Shown here piece after piece: positions 1 to 8,716 of a stretch of DNA of 64,000 bases. The position numbers and the translations under genes are program-made. Position 1 is the first letter of the stretch, and each line of letters begins with the position of its first letter. A model generated the notes under the pieces. The model was not told the origin of the DNA, did not search any database, and worked only from the letters and a program-made list of their open reading frames with translations. Origin of the DNA: a virus (Duplodnaviria > Caudoviricetes); IMG/VR virus record IMGVR_UViG_2737471647_000001, one strand, 5' to 3'.

Positions 1-101
1 ATTATTGTCTTAATATTCTTAATGTTACTTGTAACACACTGTTTTTGTTGGCTGCTCGCTATAAGAGGCCAGCTTGACATTAAGGCGGCTGGTCGGTCAG
101 T

Positions 102-1658
102 TCAGTCCGGGAGGCGGACAATGCGGTATGCGACGCCGTGGAAGCTATAGCCCTCGATAAGTCGGTCAGACTGAACCTCCATGACATATCCGTTCGCAAT
201 GAGGCTGCGCATGGTGTCGTCCAAGGCGCGGGTCGCCCCGAGCTTGTGGTTAGTAAAGGCAGGCAGGGTTGCGCTCCGGGTCTGGAGGTAACTCCGGGGG
301 ATAATGCTGTTCTCCTGCATACCGGCGGGCACCTTGTAGCTTTTGGCGACTGGCTTCACGAGGTAGTCCCGCAGGAACGCGACCAGCTTCCGCTCGCGGG
401 CGCTGTCGTCGATGCCAATGTCGCCGCCGCGCTTCCTCGTCTGGAACAGGTCAATGTCCTTGCGCACGAGTGTCAGCGCCCAAGCGACATGCTCAATCCG
501 AACCTGCGGGGCGTATGGGTTGTCCATCACCGCCAGCAGTGAGGCAACCTTCATCCCCTTGAGGTGGGCGCGGCTCCACACCTGCCGCTCGGACTCGTCG
601 TCGGTCGCGTTCAAGCTGTCGATGCAGTTCAACTCGAAGCGTTCCAGCTTCTCCTGAGCGTCGGCGTTCGGCTGAACGTAGGTCGGGGGCTTGTTGTTGA
701 TCGGCATCTGGTAGGAGGTGAGATGCGCCACCATGCCCTGCCACAGCCGCAAGGTGTCGTCGTCCAGAGGGATGTTCCGCTCCCGGTTCGGTTGCGGTCG
801 GTCGCCCTCGTAGGTCACGCACAGGAACCGGCTGAGGAAGCCGTCACCCATCATGTCGGGCGTGAGGCATTCAAGGAACGTGGCAGGGGTCGTCTCACCG
901 AGGAACGAAAGGGCTGGCCAGTCCACCCCGTCCAAGCTGTTGTCCGAGTTGCTGTAGCTCTTCCCTTCGAGGAACGCCTTTCCATATGCGTTCGTCATGA
1001 CGGTGCGGAGGTTCTGCATTGGCGTGTCGTGCGGGTTGGACATGCGTTTCAGCTTGCGTCCAAACTCGCCCTGCAACGCGAGGAACCCCGGTTCGCGCAA
1101 CAGCTCCTTGTGCAGCGCCTCGCCGCTGACAAAGTCCTGCGCCCGCGCGAAGCGCTCAGCGAAGTGGACGTTGGAGAGCTTGAGCATGGCGGGGATGCCC
1201 TCGTGGGTGCTGTCCTTGCCGATTCCGCTCTTTGCGACGAGGATGATGTAAAGCGCCAGATCCTTCCCGGTGTAGGTCCGATACCCGCGCCCGCACACCC
1301 CGGCCAGCAACCCCAAAGTGGCGGCGACCGCCACCTCACGGACAGGCGAATAGCTGTTGTCGAAGATGAAGCGCGCGATGACACCGGACCGCCCCGGCGG
1401 CCATTGCAACAGCGCACCAGCCTCGGCACCAGCCGCGTTTCGCCACCCGCCGCCACCTTCCCCTTGGCTGGGACGCCGGTCGCGCTGCTGGGGCGGCTGT
1501 GCAGCTTGTGCCCGACGAACCATGCGCAGCACCGAGGCGGGGTCCTTGCCCGCCTCAAGCGCGCGCTCCATTACATACCAGTCGTCGTCGTCCCAATCGA
1601 ACTGATCGAGGTGCAATTCGTCGTCGCTACCTTCGGCAGCATTTGTTACCATTGTCAT
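102..1658 (-). CDS. DUF3987/YfjI-like P-loop NTPase (putative replicative helicase of the element)
   Basis: 518 aa; Walker A-like IILVAKSGIGKDS, Walker B position FLALQGEFG, GFLSRFL segment, wHTH-like C-terminus; typical position in integrative elements. Confidence 0.7.
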   Translation of the reverse strand: MTMVTNAAEGSDDELHLDQFDWDDDDWYVMERALEAGKDPASVLRMVRRAQAAQPPQQRDRRPSQGEGGGGWRNAAGAEAGALLQWPPGRSGVIARFIFDNSYSPVREVAVAATLGLLAGVCGRGYRTYTGKDLALYIILVAKSGIGKDSTHEGIPAMLKLSNVHFAERFARAQDFVSGEALHKELLREPGFLALQGEFGRKLKRMSNPHDTPMQNLRTVMTNAYGKAFLEGKSYSNSDNSLDGVDWPALSFLGETTPATFLECLTPDMMGDGFLSRFLCVTYEGDRPQPNRERNIPLDDDTLRLWQGMVAHLTSYQMPINNKPPTYVQPNADAQEKLERFELNCIDSLNATDDESERQVWSRAHLKGMKVASLLAVMDNPYAPQVRIEHVAWALTLVRKDIDLFQTRKRGGDIGIDDSARERKLVAFLRDYLVKPVAKSYKVPAGMQENSIIPRSYLQTRSATLPAFTNHKLGATRALDDTMRSLIANGYVMEVQSDRLIEGYSFHGVAYRIVRLPD

Positions 1659-1832
1659 GTCCAGAATATCCTCTCAGGCGGCGGGGTGGTGATGCGCCCT
1701 GCCGCTTTTCGTGGGCGCGGCTGCGAATAGGCTGGACGTGACCTGTCCGCCGTCGCCGCAGTGTGCGGCATCGGTCTGGAAACAGGCATTTCCCGCCAAG
1801 CTCCCACGCTAGTTTCATTGTTACATGCCGCC

Positions 1833-2093
1833 TCAGGCTGACAGCGCTTGGCTGGTGCTGGTGCGCGCGCTCGCCACCAGCCACACGAGCAGGTCGCGCT
1901 CGGCATAGCGAACGACGCGGGTGCGAGGCGGATTGAAGAAGCGCGGTCCTCCGCCGCGCAAGCGGTAGCCCTCAAGCGTGCTGGGGTGAACGCCCAGAAG
2001 GGCGGCGGCTTCGCGCGCGTCCAGCGGGCGGCGCTTGGGTTCGTATCCGAACAGCTCGCAGAGCTGGTCGAACGTCATGTCGTTGTGGTCCAT
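1833..2093 (-). CDS. AlpA/excisionase-like HTH protein
   Basis: LDAREAAALLGVHPSTLEGYRLRGGGPRF...VRYAERDLLVWL is a MerR-type HTH pattern. Confidence 0.85.
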   Translation of the reverse strand: MDHNDMTFDQLCELFGYEPKRRPLDAREAAALLGVHPSTLEGYRLRGGGPRFFNPPRTRVVRYAERDLLVWLVASARTSTSQALSA

Positions 2094-2330
2094 TGCGGTG
2101 ACTCCGGCGACAAGTGTTGGCTTGCGCTGTGGTCACCAGAATCAGATCAGGCCGAATGCCGATCTGGCAGTGTCCGATACCCTGGGGGACTGGCTACCCT
2201 TGCTTCACCGGCTCTCGGAGACAGTATTCTTCGCGTGCCCCGTCTCCGGCACTGCCCACACCATAATGGGGGCGCATACGCCAGCACAACCCCTTATTTC
2301 GCTTGAATACTTTTGGGGGCTAGCCCGATT

Positions 2331-2813
2331 TTACGGAACCGTGTTTTCCAGCCGGCGCAATAACACCGATGCAAACGACAGGTGATCCAAGCACCGATCA
2401 ATTGGATCGGTCAAAATGTCGTGCCCTCTCGGATTACGGATCGCTGACATAGCACCCGCAAAAATAAACTTGTAACCCATCTGTTCATCAACCTCGCTCG
2501 CTGTGGACAACGCGGTGAGTTTGATCTTGGGGTTCGCCTCTGCAAACGCAGCCATCATCAACTTGTAGCCGCTGTCCTTGATCTTCGAAAGCTTCTTCAC
2601 CTTGTTGTCGAGGTATTTGAACGCTTCGAACGTTGCTTGCGAATAGTGTCCGTCATCGAAAAGTTTTAGCGCAACCTTGGTAATCTCAGGATGAATGTTG
2701 CGCTCGTCGAATGGATGCGATTGGACCCCTTTTTCTTCGTCAGCCTCCGGTTCATTACTCAAATCACCGGCGATTCTCACGAACTGCTCGAATGTCCGGA
2801 ATGCGCTAGTCAT
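2331..2813 (-). CDS. TIGR02391/Ymh-family HEPN-domain protein
   Basis: IHPEI...LFDDGHYSQATFEAFK...EQMGYKFIFAGAMSAIRNPRGH; RNPRGH is an Rx4H HEPN motif; start overlaps the upstream gene's stop. Confidence 0.8.
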   Translation of the reverse strand: MTSAFRTFEQFVRIAGDLSNEPEADEEKGVQSHPFDERNIHPEITKVALKLFDDGHYSQATFEAFKYLDNKVKKLSKIKDSGYKLMMAAFAEANPKIKLTALSTASEVDEQMGYKFIFAGAMSAIRNPRGHDILTDPIDRCLDHLSFASVLLRRLENTVP

Positions 2814-3480
2814 CGATGAGGTTCGCCTTGATGCTCTTGAAAATGGCGTCGTAAGTTTCCTTGGTCCCGTTTGCGGGCAGATTTATCTCGACCCGGACTG
2901 TTAACGCCATATCGCGGCGCTGTTCTTTCGTATTCGCTTTTTCGATGACTTTGGTCGCGGTCTTCACCTCCGCACCGGTCGTCTTTTTCGCAGCCGCAGG
3001 TTTTGCTTTTGCGGAAGGCGCAGTCTTGGTCCCGTTGGGTGCAGTTTTGTCGCTTGGTTGTTCATGACCGGCCAGTGCGCGAAACGTGATGAACACCGAC
3101 GCCTGCCTGCCACCAATCGCCTCGCTGGTCTTGTCCGTGGTTCGGAAATACGATGTAAGTTCTTTCTTGCTGAGCGACCACGCATCTTCGCCACGTAGTT
3201 CGAACAGGTCGCTGTATGCTTCTTTGACAAGCCCCTCGAACGCACTTGGAAAATCGTCATCGCCGAGGACGAATACATCATGACCCTTGTCGGTGCGCTT
3301 GCCCTCTTCGTCAATCGCGCCAATGAACTGTAGGGCATTGATAACGTAGCTTTCGTTATTTGATGCCAAGCCAAACTTCTTGACCGTCTCAGAGGTCACG
3401 GTGGCAGGGAAATTCTTTCTCAGAAACCCAATCATTTGCGCAATATTGCCTGCGCCCGAAATGTATGGATGCGACGCCAT
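2806..3480 (-). CDS. DUF5343-like protein
   Basis: MASHPYISGAGNIAQMIGFLR...LQFIGAIDEEGKRT N-terminal domain, Ala/Lys/Thr-rich linker, short C-terminal domain VRVEINLPA; AGGAGG SD supports the start at 3480. Confidence 0.7.
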   Translation of the reverse strand: MASHPYISGAGNIAQMIGFLRKNFPATVTSETVKKFGLASNNESYVINALQFIGAIDEEGKRTDKGHDVFVLGDDDFPSAFEGLVKEAYSDLFELRGEDAWSLSKKELTSYFRTTDKTSEAIGGRQASVFITFRALAGHEQPSDKTAPNGTKTAPSAKAKPAAAKKTTGAEVKTATKVIEKANTKEQRRDMALTVRVEINLPANGTKETYDAIFKSIKANLIDD

Positions 3481-3583
3481 TGCCGTCCCTCCTATGGAAA
3501 TGAACACGCTACCTGATGAAGTAGCCCGCTCAATCTATAGTAGGTTGCGCTAGCCTGGCAACAACTTGCTGATTCCCATCGAG

Positions 3584-4879
3584 CTAGGCGCTAATCGCCA
3601 CCACGTTTGCACCGCTCGCTTTCGCAGCCTCGGCTTCGATCCAATCCGCGATGGACTGTGCTTCGGGGTAGAGGTAGGCAAGTCGCTCGGTCTCCAAGTA
3701 GTGGCGAGCGGTGACGGTCTTCGGCAGGTGCCCGGTCAACAACTCGACCTTGTAAAAGTCCATGCCGCACTGACCGGCGCCGACGTTGATGGTGGTGCGC
3801 CGCAGGTCGTGGTTCGTCACCTTGGTCCCCGCCACCTTGCTCACTTTCTTCAACAGGTCACGCGGGCTGACGATGTGACCGGACTTGCTCCATGTGGTGA
3901 ACACCCAGGGCGAACCCTCGACGCGCTCGCGGGTCCTGAGCAGGTCCACCAGTTGCGTGGAGCAGGGGAACCAGAAGGGGTTCCGGTTCTTCGGGTCGGG
4001 CAGGTGCCACCAGCACGCGGCGGGGTCGTCCTCGATATGGACCTGTTCCCACCGCAGGCTGGCGGCTTCATTCAGGCGGCATCCGGTCAGCAGCAGGAAC
4101 ATGACAAGGTCAATCCCGGCGAGGCTGTCGCGGGTGTATGCCTCGGCACGCCACTCCTTCAACGCTGACCACACCGCGCCAACACGGTTGTCGGGAATGC
4201 GACCTGTGCGCGGCTTCAACTCCACCCAATCGTCCCTCAACCCGTCCACCGGATTGTTGGCGATGAGCGGGCTACCGTCAGCACGGCGATACTGACGGCT
4301 GGCGTAGTTCAGCAGCGCTTTCAGGATGGAGAGCGACTGGTTCGCTTGCCCCGGCGACCCCTGCTTGCGGTCGCCGCGCAACCCCTTCGTCATGAGCTTG
4401 CGGTAAAGCTGGCGGCACCCATCCTCGGTGATGGTCAGAATGGGCTTGTGCTCCCACTGGGCGAGCGTTGTGGTCACATGCCGCTCGATCTGCGCCGCAC
4501 TGCTCTCCTTCAGCTTGCCGGGGCGCGTCATGTAGCTGTCTGCCACCTGACGAAGTGTCACTTTCATCGCCTCGTCCTGTTTGCGCTCGTCGCGGGGGTC
4601 GATCCCTTCGCGCATCCGCTGGAGCAACCGTCGCGCCTTGTCGCGTGCCTCGGCTTCCGTCAGTTCCCCGATGGGACCAAGCGTAAGGTTGACCTGCCGC
4701 CCCCTGACACGCCCATGGGCGACGAACACGCGCTTGCCCTTCGGGTATAGATCGGACGGGGCTGAGACGCGCAGTCCATAGCCCTTAACAGCGGAGTCGT
4801 GCCCTCCGTCCCAGTGCATTACGTAGCCCGTAGCGGGCGCTTCCACCTTGTCGATGTAGGTCTTCGTCAGCTTCGGCAT
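3584..4879 (-). CDS. Tyrosine integrase with N-terminal arm-binding domain
   Basis: MPKLTKTYIDK arm domain; catalytic LLTGCRLNE (R), HDLRRT (HxxR), LTGH, RHY (Y). Confidence 0.92.
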   Translation of the reverse strand: MPKLTKTYIDKVEAPATGYVMHWDGGHDSAVKGYGLRVSAPSDLYPKGKRVFVAHGRVRGRQVNLTLGPIGELTEAEARDKARRLLQRMREGIDPRDERKQDEAMKVTLRQVADSYMTRPGKLKESSAAQIERHVTTTLAQWEHKPILTITEDGCRQLYRKLMTKGLRGDRKQGSPGQANQSLSILKALLNYASRQYRRADGSPLIANNPVDGLRDDWVELKPRTGRIPDNRVGAVWSALKEWRAEAYTRDSLAGIDLVMFLLLTGCRLNEAASLRWEQVHIEDDPAACWWHLPDPKNRNPFWFPCSTQLVDLLRTRERVEGSPWVFTTWSKSGHIVSPRDLLKKVSKVAGTKVTNHDLRRTTINVGAGQCGMDFYKVELLTGHLPKTVTARHYLETERLAYLYPEAQSIADWIEAEAAKASGANVVAISA

Positions 4880-4900
4880 TGTCGTTCCCTTTCCGCGCCC

Positions 4901-4917
4901 TGTAGCGCATTTGTAGC
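4901..4917 (+). promoter_or_regulatory. Candidate integrase arm-type sites (TGTAGC x2)
   Basis: TGTAGC at 4901 and 4912 (11-bp period) between the integrase start and the att remnant. Confidence 0.4.
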
Positions 4918-5036
4918 AGGCAGCTACGGGTTACGGCAGGTTACGACAGGCTTGCAAGTGGTTCAAGCTACTGATTCGTAAGGGCTTTTATGGGTTGTGC
5001 TGGGTTCTGCTGGCTTCTACGGGGACGCGGGCATAA

Positions 5037-5096
5037 GTCTTGAAAACCGGCGTGCGTGAAAGCGTACCGTGGGTTCGAATCCCACCTCCTCCGCCA
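5037..5096 (+). tRNA. tRNA-Ser(TGA) 3'-half remnant (att site), not an intact tRNA
   Basis: Anticodon loop CT-TGA-AA, 3' stem ACCGG, long variable arm, T-arm GTGGG-TTCGAAT-CCCAC, acceptor strand CTCCTCC-G-CCA. The 5' strand (GGAGGAG), D-arm and most of the 5' anticodon stem are missing upstream. Confidence 0.88.
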
Positions 5097-5098
5097 CT
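5083..5098 (+). repeat. 16-bp att direct repeat, left copy (CACCTCCTCCGCCACT)
   Basis: Identical to 13059-13074; corresponds to the tRNA 3' end. Confidence 0.92.
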
Positions 5099-5121
5099 CA
5101 ACAGTTTTATCCGATTTCAAT

Positions 5122-5144
5122 AGGTCGCCTTGGGCGGCCTTTTT
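5122..5144 (+). terminator. Rho-independent terminator after the tRNA 3' end
   Basis: AGGTCGCC-TTG-GGCGGCCT followed by a T run. Confidence 0.7.
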
Positions 5145-5220
5145 ATTTGTTTATCATGCGGTTATGTGGGATTTCCTTTTTGTTGGATTTCTTTCGATTT
5201 GTCCCATATGCTTTCCTTGA

Positions 5221-5239
5221 GTGGTATAAAGTGTGGTAT
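5221..5239 (+). promoter_or_regulatory. Integrase arm-type sites, left (GTGGTAT x2)
   Basis: GTGGTAT at 5221 and 5233 (12-bp period); the same pair occurs at 12978/12990. Confidence 0.65.
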
Positions 5240-5244
5240 GATTT

Positions 5245-6434
5245 ATGGCGGCGCTGGCTGGCAAGCTCACGAAAAAACTGGTGGAGAACCTAGGGCCGGG
5301 GCGGCACGGCGATGGCAACGGGCTTTATCTGGTGGTCGATCCCGGCGGCGCACGGCGGTGGATTGTGCGCGTGACGGTCAAGGGGCAGAAAAATCGCAAA
5401 GGCGCGCCCCTGAGAACGGACTTTGGCCTTGGCGGTGCCGATGTGGTCACGTTGCACCAAGCGCGGGATCGGGCTTTGGAATATCGGCGCATGGCCAAAC
5501 AGGGCTTGAATCCGCGTTTCAACGCATCCCGCGACATTCCGACATTTGAAGAAATCGCCCAACAGGTTCACATCGACCGCATGCCGACGTGGAAAAACGC
5601 CAAGCACGGGCAACAGTGGATCAACACCTTGCGCGATTATGCCTTTCCCAAGATCGGGCGCATGCCAGTCGATAGTATTGATCAGCCTGAAATCCTGATG
5701 TGCTTGTCGCCTATCTGGACGGAAAAGCATGAAACCGCCCGGCGTTTGGCTCAGCGCCTCAAGGTGGTGTTGGATGTGGCGAAGTCGAAGGGCTTTCGAT
5801 CCGGTGAAAACCCGGTGACCGCGATCAAAGACGCGGGCGTTTTGCCGAAGGTGGTCAAAAAGGCCAAACATCACAATGCGATGCGGTGGCAGGATGTACC
5901 AAACTTCTATGCCGATTTGTCCGGACGCGATGCGATGGCGGCGAAAGCGTTGATGTTCACCTGTTTGACCGGCTCACGCACGGGGAGGTTCTTGGGATGC
6001 GCTGGGATGAATTGGATTTTATTGCGCGCTTGTGGACCTGTCCGGCGGTACGCATGAAAACTGGCGATGATCACCGGGTGCCTCTGAGTGATGAAATGCT
6101 GGCAATCCTTGAGCCGCTGAAAGCAATGCAGTCCGAATATGTGTTTGAAGGTCAGAAACGGCACAGGCCGCTCTCAAACATGGCCATGTTGATGCTCTTG
6201 CGCCGCATGGGTGTCGAGGGCGTGACCGTTCACGGGTTCCGCTCCACCTTCCGAGATTGGGCCTCAGAGGTCGCCAATGCGCCGCGTGAGGTTGCGGAAA
6301 TGAGTTTGGCACATAAGGTGGGGTCAGATGTAGAGCGGGCCTATGCGCGATCTGATTTGCTGGATAAGCGGCGGGTGTTGATGGAGCGTTGGTCCGGGTT
6401 TGCAACTCACCGGAGTTTAAATGGGCAAGCATGA
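5245..6434 (+). pseudogene. P4-type tyrosine integrase, frameshifted (or homopolymer sequencing error)
   Basis: ORF 5245-6057 (arm domain to TGSRT) continues in ORF 5886-6434 (GEVLGMRWDE...HGFRSTFRDW...LAHKVG...RAY). One G is missing from the G run at 5982-5985. Confidence 0.88.
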
Positions 6435-6735
6435 CTCCGTTTTGCAAGCTTTGCGCTTTGTTCTTTGCGAAAAAGTTTATCCGAGGCGGCTTGATTTAAT
6501 GCGCAACGACACTCGAGCCGCAGAAGTAGTTGAGAGTTATGTGAGCATAATAAGTGAATTCTATGCAGGTGCCTATTTTAAAAACCCTGCAAAGCGCACG
6601 CCTTTCGAAAGAAACGCTTACAATGTATTTTGGAAAATACGGCCTCTAAATGGTTTGTCGAAAGACACGCTCAGGAAATATATTGCTGAGCTTTGGGCGA
6701 AAGGCGCGTTCGATCAGAAAATTTTGTTTAAGTAA
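6421..6735 (+). CDS. Hypothetical protein (AT-rich orphan)
   Basis: 104-aa ORF overlapping the integrase end, visibly lower GC; no motif recognised. Confidence 0.55.
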   Translation: MGKHDSVLQALRFVLCEKVYPRRLDLMRNDTRAAEVVESYVSIISEFYAGAYFKNPAKRTPFERNAYNVFWKIRPLNGLSKDTLRKYIAELWAKGAFDQKILFK

Positions 6736-6850
6736 GTCAAGGTGTTTTAAGTTAAATTTCCAATTTGGAAAATATGCATTTAGCCTATTCGCGGTTTTGA
6801 AATTTTGTGAATATTGGGCATCACCGATAAAAATAAAAAACAGGTGATAC

Positions 6851-7063
6851 ATGACAAACCTATTCGAACAAAACCGAAACTACGTCCTTGGCGATCCCGA
6901 ACTTGAGATCATCGGCGACCGCGACAAGCTGGCGCAATGGCGGCACAAGGGCATGGGGCCGGCATTTTACCGGCTGGGCCGCAAGATTATCTATCGTGGC
7001 GCGGACCTCAACTCCTGGGCCGAAGCGAACCGGGTTGAGCCTGTCGCGGGTGTGCAGAACTGA
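6851..7063 (+). CDS. AlpA/excisionase-like protein
   Basis: LAQWRHKGMGPAFYRLGRKIIYRGADLNSW; CAGGTG SD-like sequence upstream. Confidence 0.8.
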   Translation: MTNLFEQNRNYVLGDPELEIIGDRDKLAQWRHKGMGPAFYRLGRKIIYRGADLNSWAEANRVEPVAGVQN

Positions 7064-7482
7064 TGACCAAGCGCGTCACGTCGCGCCGGGTCAAAATTCA
7101 CCGCCAATACACCTATGATCAGGCCGCAATGGCGCTGGGCGTGTCGCTCCAAACGGTGCGGGGGTGGCGTAGGGAGGGCCTTCCCGTCCTGACATCCAAA
7201 GTCCCGCATTTGATCATCGGTGCAGAGCTAAAGGCGTTTCTGGATCGGCGCTCCACCAAATCCAAGCTCACCCTCACGCTTGAACAGTTCCGCTGCATGC
7301 GCTGTGGCGGGTCTGTCGCGGCCTATGGTGGTATGGTTGATTACACGCCCCTCACATCAGAAAGGGGCGTTCTCTCGACGCTCTGCGCGACCTGTGAGGG
7401 GGCTTGCACGAAGTTCGCGAGCCGGGCGCAAGTCGATGCTCTCTCGCACATCTTGTCGGTGACGTTCTGCAATAGCCGGTGA
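7063..7482 (+). CDS. HTH plus zinc-ribbon protein
   Basis: YTYDQAAMALGVSLQTVRGWRREGL HTH; CMRC...CATC; TGATG coupling to the upstream gene. Confidence 0.78.
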   Translation: MTKRVTSRRVKIHRQYTYDQAAMALGVSLQTVRGWRREGLPVLTSKVPHLIIGAELKAFLDRRSTKSKLTLTLEQFRCMRCGGSVAAYGGMVDYTPLTSERGVLSTLCATCEGACTKFASRAQVDALSHILSVTFCNSR

Positions 7483-7596
7483 GCCTAAGAGAACCTTTCA
7501 AACCTAGCGTGAACCATCACTTTCGGAGACCCGCACAACACGTCGCGAATATGGCTCTGAATCTCACCAAAACTGGCCATTCCAAGGAGCAATCAC

Positions 7597-8619
7597 ATGG
7601 CAAAGCGGATTGAAGACAACGAACGGATCAAATGGGCCTATGCGCTCTATTTGCGCGATGCCAAAGGGCAGGATCAAAAATCCATCGACAAGGCGCTGGC
7701 CGCGATTTGGCGTTTTGAGCAAAGCACCAATGGCAAGCCGTTTAAAAAATTCCACCGGCTGCAAGCGTCTGGTTTCAAAGATCACCTTGCACGGGCCAAG
7801 AACACGCGGAACGGCAAGCCGTTGGGCGTTAGTACGGTGGATGCAACCCTGCGTTTGGTTCAGGCGTTCTTTCACTGGCTGGCCAGTCAACCGGGCTACA
7901 AAAAGGCCGTGACCTATGCCGATGTGGAATATTTCAACAACACGATGAAAGCCGCCCGTGTCGCCCACGCCAAACGCGACATTCCCTATCCGTCGATGCA
8001 GCAATGCGCCCATGCCTTTCAGGCGATGCCAAACGGCACAGAGTTCGAGAAACGCGACAAGGCGCTTTTTGCCTTTTTCATGTTGACCGGCGCGCGCGAT
8101 GGGGCGGTGGCGTCTTTGAAACTCAAACACGTCAATGTCGAGACCGGGCAAGTGTTCCAAGACGGGCGGGACGTGAACACCAAATTTGCCAACACATTCC
8201 GGTGTCAGTTTTTCCCGGTCGGTCCCGCCTATCGCGATTGCTTTGCGGCGTGGGTCACATATCTGAAATCCGAAAAACTGTTCGGCCCGACGGATGCGCT
8301 CTTTCCCAAGGCCAAAATCGCCTATGTGGAGGGGCAGGGCTTGGTCAATGTCGGGCTGGACAGGGTGGGCTATAGCGGTTCCGCCAAGCTAAACGAGATC
8401 ATCCGCACCGCGTTCGCCGTGGTCCAAATGCCCGCGTTCACCCCGCACAGTTTCCGCAAAACACTGGTCAAACATGGCGACGAGGTTTGCACCTCCCTAG
8501 AACAACTCAAGGCCTGGTCGATGAACTTGGGCCATGAGAACTTGGCCACAACGGTCAATTCCTATTTGCCAGTGTCGGAGCATAGGCAATTGGAGATCAT
8601 CGGCAAAATGGCGATGTAA
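7597..8619 (+). CDS. Tyrosine recombinase without an arm domain
   Basis: LTGARDGAV (R), VNTK (K), PHSFRK (HxxR), LGH, NSY (Y); AAGGAG SD. Confidence 0.88.
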   Translation: MAKRIEDNERIKWAYALYLRDAKGQDQKSIDKALAAIWRFEQSTNGKPFKKFHRLQASGFKDHLARAKNTRNGKPLGVSTVDATLRLVQAFFHWLASQPGYKKAVTYADVEYFNNTMKAARVAHAKRDIPYPSMQQCAHAFQAMPNGTEFEKRDKALFAFFMLTGARDGAVASLKLKHVNVETGQVFQDGRDVNTKFANTFRCQFFPVGPAYRDCFAAWVTYLKSEKLFGPTDALFPKAKIAYVEGQGLVNVGLDRVGYSGSAKLNEIIRTAFAVVQMPAFTPHSFRKTLVKHGDEVCTSLEQLKAWSMNLGHENLATTVNSYLPVSEHRQLEIIGKMAM

Positions 8620-8716
8620 GCCGAAAGGCGTTTGTGCCTCACGGGTTCGCCCGCTAATCTCCCCCGGAATTGTCCCGGCCCAGCGCCGGGGAGCGACTTG
8701 GGACGGGTGGGAATTT

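Larger units (their letters stand above)
1..5096. mobile_element. Satellite-like integrative element in tRNA-Ser (right part; left end outside window)
   Basis: Integrase next to a tRNA-Ser 3'-half remnant, followed by cargo genes, an excisionase-like HTH and a DUF3987-type NTPase, all on the minus strand. Confidence 0.75.

Noticed and set aside
23-36. TGTTAC-TT-GTAACA palindrome in an AT-rich stretch
   Set aside because: Single short palindrome at the window edge; context is missing.
564-1730. 388-aa plus-strand ORF and other long antisense ORFs (e.g. 14457-15641, 17350-18426, 27872-29050, 33009-34292, 46023-47288, 59628-60896)
   Set aside because: Shadow frames of well-supported genes in GC-rich DNA; no motifs or SD/coupling support, unlike the 38073 frame.
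5037-5096. Intact tRNA-Ser gene
   Set aside because: The 5' acceptor strand, D-arm and most of the 5' anticodon stem are absent; kept only as an att remnant.
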